From: an uncultured delta proteobacterium
GTDB taxonomy: Bacteria > Myxococcota_A > Polyangia > Polyangiales > Polyangiaceae
Direction: 5' to 3'
DNA: 64,000 bases
NCBI GenBank assembly: GCA_963850305.1
Contig: CAWKKR010000011.1
Coordinates: forward strand, 128,001-192,000
In this document: positions 58,316 through 64,000 of the stretch, in pieces
Position numbering within the stretch: the first letter of the stretch is position 1
How the letters are laid out: each line of letters begins with the position of its first letter
Notes under the pieces: model-generated
The model's database searches: none
The model's input: the letters and a program-made list of their open reading frames with translations, nothing else
Told to the model about the DNA's origin: nothing
Made by a program: the position numbers and the translations under genes

Positions 58316-59449
58316 TCATCGGCCGTACATCGCGGCGGACTCGCGCGCGTACAGACGGAGCGTCGCCACTGCGAGCGACATGACGACGGGCCCCACGACC
58401 AGCCCCTTCAGTCCGAATACCTGCACGCCGCCGAACAGGGCGATGAACGTCACGAGAGTCGGCACGGCTTCGTCCCCGACGAGCCGCGGTCGAACGACGT
58501 ACTCCGATACTCCGACGACCATCACGATCCCCCACACGAGCTCGATGACGCCGCGCGCGGGGTGTCCCGTCGCGAGCTGATAGATGCCGATCGGCGCCCA
58601 CACGAGGAGCGTTCCCACCCCGGGGATCAGGGACGCGAGCGCCGTCGCGATGCCGAAGAACACCGGCTCCGGCGCGGACGTGAGCGAGAACCCGACGGTG
58701 GCGAGGACGCCCTGCGCGATGCCCGTGACGACGGTGCCGAGGAGCGTCGCTCGCCCGACACGCTGGAACTCCTCGAGCAGCGCGCGCGTGTATTGTGGGC
58801 GGAGCGGAGAGAGCACCTCGAGCTGCGAGATGACGCTCTCCCAGTTTCGCAAGATCAGATGCATGGAAAGGAGCGCGAAGAACAATCCTAGCAAGCCGCT
58901 CGCGGTCGCTTCCGCGACGACCTGCGCGACGGCCGCAGACGTGCCGGCGATCGACGACGCGGCATCGCGGAGCGAATGCTGGAGAGAACCGACGGAGAGC
59001 CCGACGCGCGAGAGGAGATGCGTCGCGGACTTCACCGTACCCTCGAGGGCGCCGCCGGGCCCGAGCGATCCGAGCAACGAACTCGTGAGCGCTACGCCCC
59101 GCGTGATGAAGAACGACGCGAACCCCGTCACCGTCGCGATGATGGCGAGCGCAGAGCCGAGCACCGTCGCGATCGAAGACAGCAACGGGCGCCCCGTGCG
59201 CCGCTCGGCGGCTTCATAGAGCGGCTTCAGGGTGAATCCCATCAACGCCCCGAGCAACAGACCGGCGGCAACCGGTAACGTCAGCCACGCGACCGCGACC
59301 ATGGCGATGAGCGCGCAGAACCCGAGCGCCTGGTTCTCGCGAGAGAGACGCCGCTCTCGCGTCCTCTGTGAGAGAGGCCCCGCCGCTCCGGTGGGTGAAC
59401 TCGGAGGGTCCCGCGGGGAGGGCGCGTCTCCCTTGTTCAGAATCCCCAT
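58316..59449 (-). CDS. AI-2E family transporter
   Basis: Multiple TMs; IPGVGT, VVRPRLVG, GGVQVFGLKGLVVGP. Confidence 0.88.
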   Translation of the reverse strand: MGILNKGDAPSPRDPPSSPTGAAGPLSQRTRERRLSRENQALGFCALIAMVAVAWLTLPVAAGLLLGALMGFTLKPLYEAAERRTGRPLLSSIATVLGSALAIIATVTGFASFFITRGVALTSSLLGSLGPGGALEGTVKSATHLLSRVGLSVGSLQHSLRDAASSIAGTSAAVAQVVAEATASGLLGLFFALLSMHLILRNWESVISQLEVLSPLRPQYTRALLEEFQRVGRATLLGTVVTGIAQGVLATVGFSLTSAPEPVFFGIATALASLIPGVGTLLVWAPIGIYQLATGHPARGVIELVWGIVMVVGVSEYVVRPRLVGDEAVPTLVTFIALFGGVQVFGLKGLVVGPVVMSLAVATLRLYARESAAMYGR

Positions 59450-59952
59450 CGGTAGGCCGCCTCCAACATGGCGCCGTAAAGCGGGAACTTCAACCCGTCA
59501 TGAAGCGCCGCGAGGCCATGAACTTCCACGCCCGCGGAGAGCTCCCGTGAGAGCAGGTAGTCCACACCGAGCTCAGCCGACGCTCCGGGGACACCGCCGT
59601 GAATCCCGTCGGCGCCGCCCGGACCTCCGAAATGATAGTAGCCACCGGAGAGACCCGCGTACGGCACCCAGCTCAGCACGTCCAGCTTGTAGGCCAGGCC
59701 GAGCGAAGCCCCAAGGACATCCGCGCCGGATTCGTGATGCGACCCCTCGAGTTCGAGCCTCACGTCGAGCATGTCACCGAGCCCATAGACCGCATCGAGA
59801 CCCAAGGCCGGTCCGACTCCTCTGCCCGAAAGCACGTCGACGCCCGCCATGCCGCCAGCGCTGACCTCTCCGTCCGCGGCCTGCGCGCGGATGGCGACGG
59901 TCAACCCAAAAACACAGAGAGCGATCCGAACCGTCTGATGCGCGCGCTGCAC
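59437..59952 (-). CDS. Small outer-membrane beta-barrel protein
   Basis: Signal peptide; YKLDVLSWVPY; terminal YRWGF. Confidence 0.7.
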   Translation of the reverse strand: MQRAHQTVRIALCVFGLTVAIRAQAADGEVSAGGMAGVDVLSGRGVGPALGLDAVYGLGDMLDVRLELEGSHHESGADVLGASLGLAYKLDVLSWVPYAGLSGGYYHFGGPGGADGIHGGVPGASAELGVDYLLSRELSAGVEVHGLAALHDGLKFPLYGAMLEAAYRWGF

Positions 59953-59966
59953 GGGACATGCCGAGG

Positions 59967-62231
59967 CTACAGCATATTGACCGGGTCCACGTCGATGACG
60001 ACCCGCGTGCGCCGGTCGGGAGCCGTCCCCGCGATCGCGGCCAGGACGCGGCGAAGGGAGGGCCGCGATGCCGACCGGACGAGAAAGCGGAACCGATAAC
60101 GGCTCCTGAGACGGGCGAGCGGAGCGGGGGCCGGGCCGACGAGATCGACGTCTCGGGGGGCGACTCGCCGTCCTACCGACGACAAGCGGTCCGCCTCGTC
60201 TCTTGCGACGTGCTCATCGAGAGCATCGACGCGAACGAGCGCGATGCGGGAAAATGGGGGATAGCGGAGTTCGCGGCGCTCCTCGAGCTCGTGGTTCACG
60301 AACCCCGCGACGTCGTGAGAAACGGCCATCGCGATGGCCGGATGATCCGGGTTTCGCGTCTGAACGACGACATACCCCGGTGCGTCGCTCCGCCCCGCGC
60401 GGCCCGCGACCTGTACGAGCAGTTGAAACGTCCGTTCGGACGCCTGAAAATCGGGGATCGACAGGGCTGCGTCCGCGTTCAGCACTCCGACGAGCGTGAC
60501 CGCGGGCAGGTCGTGCCCCTTCGTCACCATCTGGGTGCCGACGAGCACGTCGATCTCGCGACGCCGCATCCGATCGAGGACAGCCTCGCTCTTCAAGCCG
60601 GCGGCGACGTCACGGTCGAGTCGCGCGACGCGCGCCGCAGGGAACAAAGTCTGCAGCACCGCCTCGATGCGTTCCGTTCCCGCGCCTTCCTGGCCCAATC
60701 GAAGCGCATGGCAGCCCGGACACTTTTGCGGCAGGGGCGCGTGATAGTCGCAGTAATGACACATCACCCGGTCGCCCCGCGCCCGGTGGAGCGTCAGAGC
60801 CACGGCGCAGTTCGGGCACTCCAGCAGCTTTCCGCACTCATCGCAGATCACGCTCGGAGAAAATCCGCGACGGTTCAAGAACAAGATCGCCTGTTCGCGC
60901 GCGGCCAGGGTACGCTCGAGCGCACGCTGGAGGGGAACGCTGATCAGCTTGTCCCCCGTGGGGTTCGCACCGACGCGACGCAGATCGACGACCTCGACCT
61001 TCGGGAGAACCGCGGCGCGATGAGCGCGCGCAGGCAAGCAGAGGCGTTCGAGCTTGCCCGCGCGCACGAGGGCCTCGCTCGCGACGGAGGGCGTGGCCGA
61101 GCCGAGCACGGCGACGGCCTTCGCGCGGTGAGCTCGAAGAAGCGCCATGTCTCGAGCGTGGTATCGCACCCCTTCCTCCTGCTTGAACGAACCGTCGTGC
61201 TCCTCGTCCACGCAGATCAGCGCCAGCCGCTGGACGGGAGCGAAGAGGGCCGACCGCGCTCCGACGGCCACCGACAGCGTCCCGGCGCGGAGCGCGGCCC
61301 ACATCGCGTGCCGCTCGCGATCGGTGAGGCCGCTGTGGAGAACGGCGATCGTGTCGCCGAGTCGCGCGCGAAACCGTTGAACGAGCTGCGGCGTGAGCGC
61401 GATCTCCGGGACTAGCACGATCGCGCCGCTCCCACGCTCGAGCGCGCGCGCGACGCCGTGTAGGTACACCTCGGTCTTCCCCGACGCCGTAACGCCATCG
61501 AGAAGGAATGAGCCCGCCACGCCTTCGTCGATCTTGCCTCCGATTGCGGCGACGGCTCGTTGCTGCGCTTCGTTCAGGAGGGGCGCCACGTCGCGCTCGA
61601 CGGGCACGGCGAAAAACGGATCGACCACGGCCGGCCGTCGCTCGATCTTGACGAGCCCCAGCTGCTCCAGCTTTTTCACGGCAGCACGTGCGCTACCGAT
61701 GTTTCGTGCGAGCTCGGCGACGGGCTGCGGGGCTTCCGCCAGCGCGGCCAGGACCTCTCGGGAGCGCGCCGGCAACTTCTCCGGGATGACAGCACCCGGA
61801 ACCAGCTCCGCGACGAGGACGAACTTGCCCACCGTTTGAGCGCCCGCTTCGTCGAGCAACGCGAGCGTGGCGCCATCGGAAACGGCGCTCCGCTCCACGA
61901 CGGGAAGCGCGAGCCGCATCACTTCGCCGATCGGCGCGAGGTAGTATCCCGCGAGCTCGACGAGAAACGCGAGAAGCTCGGGAGCAAGAACGGGAGTGTC
62001 ATCGACGATGGCGCCGATGGGCTTCAGCTTGTGCTCGGCGACGCCGGGCGCGCCTTCCTCGACGGACAGGACGACTCCGAGGATCCGCCGTCGCCCGAAC
62101 TCGCAGAGGACGCGCACACCGGGCTCGATCCGGGAGGCGAGCGAGTCCGGAACGGAGTACGAAAAGGCCTGGCCGAGCGGAACCGGAACCGCGACTCTCG
62201 CGTGCAAGGTCACCGTATCACCACGATCCAT
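59967..62231 (-). CDS. priA: Primosomal protein N' (replication restart helicase)
   Basis: GVTASGKT, DEEH, SAT, CxxC zinc clusters, QVAGRAGR, DVDP. Confidence 0.96.
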   Translation of the reverse strand: MDRGDTVTLHARVAVPVPLGQAFSYSVPDSLASRIEPGVRVLCEFGRRRILGVVLSVEEGAPGVAEHKLKPIGAIVDDTPVLAPELLAFLVELAGYYLAPIGEVMRLALPVVERSAVSDGATLALLDEAGAQTVGKFVLVAELVPGAVIPEKLPARSREVLAALAEAPQPVAELARNIGSARAAVKKLEQLGLVKIERRPAVVDPFFAVPVERDVAPLLNEAQQRAVAAIGGKIDEGVAGSFLLDGVTASGKTEVYLHGVARALERGSGAIVLVPEIALTPQLVQRFRARLGDTIAVLHSGLTDRERHAMWAALRAGTLSVAVGARSALFAPVQRLALICVDEEHDGSFKQEEGVRYHARDMALLRAHRAKAVAVLGSATPSVASEALVRAGKLERLCLPARAHRAAVLPKVEVVDLRRVGANPTGDKLISVPLQRALERTLAAREQAILFLNRRGFSPSVICDECGKLLECPNCAVALTLHRARGDRVMCHYCDYHAPLPQKCPGCHALRLGQEGAGTERIEAVLQTLFPAARVARLDRDVAAGLKSEAVLDRMRRREIDVLVGTQMVTKGHDLPAVTLVGVLNADAALSIPDFQASERTFQLLVQVAGRAGRSDAPGYVVVQTRNPDHPAIAMAVSHDVAGFVNHELEERRELRYPPFSRIALVRVDALDEHVARDEADRLSSVGRRVAPRDVDLVGPAPAPLARLRSRYRFRFLVRSASRPSLRRVLAAIAGTAPDRRTRVVIDVDPVNML

Positions 62232-62282
62232 GCACGTGCCCGCTCGTCGAGCCCGGCCGATGAGAACGATCCACCGTGCCGG

Positions 62283-63545
62283 TCACCGTCGTCCGAAGAA
62301 GAAGCCCGCGATCCCGAACAGCAACACGACGACGACCCAGATCAGGATCGCCCGTGGGCCGCGCGGTCGCGGCGCCTCGAGCTCCGCCGGGACTTCGTCC
62401 GGAAAGGCTTCGGGGGGCAGCCTGCGTCCGTCCTCCGGATCGGGCATCGTCGGGATCTCGTTGCGCGGGTGCGTCGGGTTTTCATTGCCGGCACCCCCCG
62501 TGGGCGCCGGGAACGAGCCCTGACGCCCGCTGCCCTCGTCGAGCTCCTTCGCGCTTCGCTCGCGTTCGCGACGTCGTTCGACGATCTCGGTCCCGAAATT
62601 CTCCATCAGCCAATCGCCGAATCGGAGCGAACTCGCGACGAGACCGTTGTCGGCGACGTAGCGCTCGAGCTCGTCGAGCATGGCGGGCGCCGACGCGTAT
62701 CGGGCGCTGGGTTCCTGGGAGAGCGCGGTGCGAACGATGCCGTGCAGTCGCTCCTCGTCGGGATAGCCACGCGCGGGAAGGGGCGGAACGACCGCCCTGC
62801 GTGCTTGCTCGAGCGGCGAGAGCCGTCCCGAACCCGAGCGATAGAGGCGCTGGCCCGCGAGTAACTCCCAGAGCAAGATGCCCGCTGCAAACAGATCCGA
62901 GCGCGCATCCACCACGTCCCCGCGGGCCGCTTCCGGACTCATGTAGCCCGCTTTCCCCTGAATCGCTTCGTCCGGCAGGGCGTCGGACGTCGTGAGGACA
63001 CGCGCGATCCCGAAGTCGCAGAGCTTCACCTCACCCTCGACGGACAGGAGGACGTTCGAAGGCGAGACGTCCCGGTGCACGATGCCGAGCGCACGGCCGT
63101 GGTCGTCCCGCTTCCGGTGCGCGTAGTCGAGCGCTCGTAGCGTCTCCGCGACGACGTAGAGCGAGAAATGGACGGGAAGCGGGATCTTCTTCTGAGAGCA
63201 GGCGCGAAGCAGATCTCGAAGATCGAGACCTTCCACGTACTCCATCGCGATGTAGAGGCGATCCTGTTCGCGTCCGAGGTCCGCGACCTGCACGATATTC
63301 TTGTGCGAGAGCGTCGCGCATAGTTTTGCCTCGTCGATGAGGAGCCGGCTCATCTCCTCGCTCGAGGCGAGGAGCGGCAGGATCTCCTTGACGACGACGA
63401 GCCGATCTCCGCCAAGCCCCGTCTTTTCGCGCGCGAGGAAGATGCGGGCCATCCCGCCCTCGCCGATCTTGTCGAAGAGCACGTAGCGACCAAAGCGACG
63501 CGGCAGCGCGTCATCCGTCTCTTCCGCGGCCGCGAGCCCGGTCAT
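62283..63545 (-). CDS. Ser/Thr protein kinase with C-terminal TM helix
   Basis: GEGGMA, HRDVSPSN, DFG, SPE. Confidence 0.92.
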   Translation of the reverse strand: MTGLAAAEETDDALPRRFGRYVLFDKIGEGGMARIFLAREKTGLGGDRLVVVKEILPLLASSEEMSRLLIDEAKLCATLSHKNIVQVADLGREQDRLYIAMEYVEGLDLRDLLRACSQKKIPLPVHFSLYVVAETLRALDYAHRKRDDHGRALGIVHRDVSPSNVLLSVEGEVKLCDFGIARVLTTSDALPDEAIQGKAGYMSPEAARGDVVDARSDLFAAGILLWELLAGQRLYRSGSGRLSPLEQARRAVVPPLPARGYPDEERLHGIVRTALSQEPSARYASAPAMLDELERYVADNGLVASSLRFGDWLMENFGTEIVERRRERERSAKELDEGSGRQGSFPAPTGGAGNENPTHPRNEIPTMPDPEDGRRLPPEAFPDEVPAELEAPRPRGPRAILIWVVVVLLFGIAGFFFGRR

Positions 63546-63548
63546 GGT

Positions 63549-64000
63549 TCACCCGATCGGCGGAGGGAGCGACGGGCTCGAAGGAGTCGACGGCGGGCCT
63601 TTCGCCGCGCTACCCCCCCCGAGGCCGAAGCCGTCGTGAAGCGCGCGCACCGCGAGCTCCGTGTATTTCGCCGCGATGATGCAGCTGATGCGGATCTCGC
63701 TCGTGCTGATGCCACGGATGTTGATGCCCTCTCCCGCCAGCAGCGCGAACATCCTGGCAGCGACTCCGGCGTGCGAGCGCATTCCCAGGCCAACGATCGA
63801 GACCTTGACGATCTCCGGGTCGTACTCGACCCGCGCGGCACCGACGCCCTTGGCTTGTTGTTCGATGAGTGAGCGGACGCGTGCCAGATCCGTCTTCGGC
63901 ACGGTGAAGGTGACGTCCGTCGAGTCCCGGTCGCCGCCGGACGGGCTCTGGATGATCATGTCGACCGAGACGTTCTCTCTCGCCAGCGCGCCGAAGAGCG
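63549..64000 (-). CDS. lysC: Aspartate kinase, C-terminal ACT domains (5'-partial)
   Basis: VDMIIQ, KVSIVGLGMRSHAGVAARMF, ISTSEIRIS, ELAVRALH. Confidence 0.92.
   Translation of the reverse strand, partial: LFGALARENVSVDMIIQSPSGGDRDSTDVTFTVPKTDLARVRSLIEQQAKGVGAARVEYDPEIVKVSIVGLGMRSHAGVAARMFALLAGEGINIRGISTSEIRISCIIAAKYTELAVRALHDGFGLGGGSAAKGPPSTPSSPSLPPPIG

Noticed and set aside
1..64000. tRNA, rRNA, prophage or intact transposase
   Set aside because: None recognisable by eye; a tRNAscan/Infernal run would be needed to exclude small RNAs

Overview
High-GC bacterial DNA whose gene content points to a myxobacterium, probably Polyangiaceae-like (several eukaryote-type Ser/Thr kinases, GYF_2/TonB-C motility-like protein, ECF/FecR pair, many lipoproteins). 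Most of the window is core chromosome: amgK-like kinase, rlpA, pyrE, a Rieske/cytochrome b-c cluster, PBP1A, pgeF, thiolase, hisIE, cdd, PNP, speD-like, infA, slt, priA and a partial lysC. Two regions stand out. (1) 24869-31454: an operon with a sigma54-like promoter and two hydrazine-synthase-alpha-like haem/beta-propeller lipoproteins around a secreted HEAT protein. (2) About 47036-54050: a mosaic defence/TA island. It holds a Pol-beta nucleotidyltransferase (possibly Hailong HalB-like) coupled to a PPP metallophosphoesterase. That pair sits back-to-back, 26 bp apart, with a small toxin-like gene and an Imm42-like/inactive ImmA-IrrE fusion. Further along are a 14-unit 42-bp tandem array, an intact RelE/ParE TA pair, and an MNT-HEPN pair whose hepT is frameshifted and split by a duplication. 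Several genes carry frameshifts that may be long-read assembly errors. No rRNA, tRNA or CRISPR array was seen. All family calls come from motif recognition by eye, not database searches.
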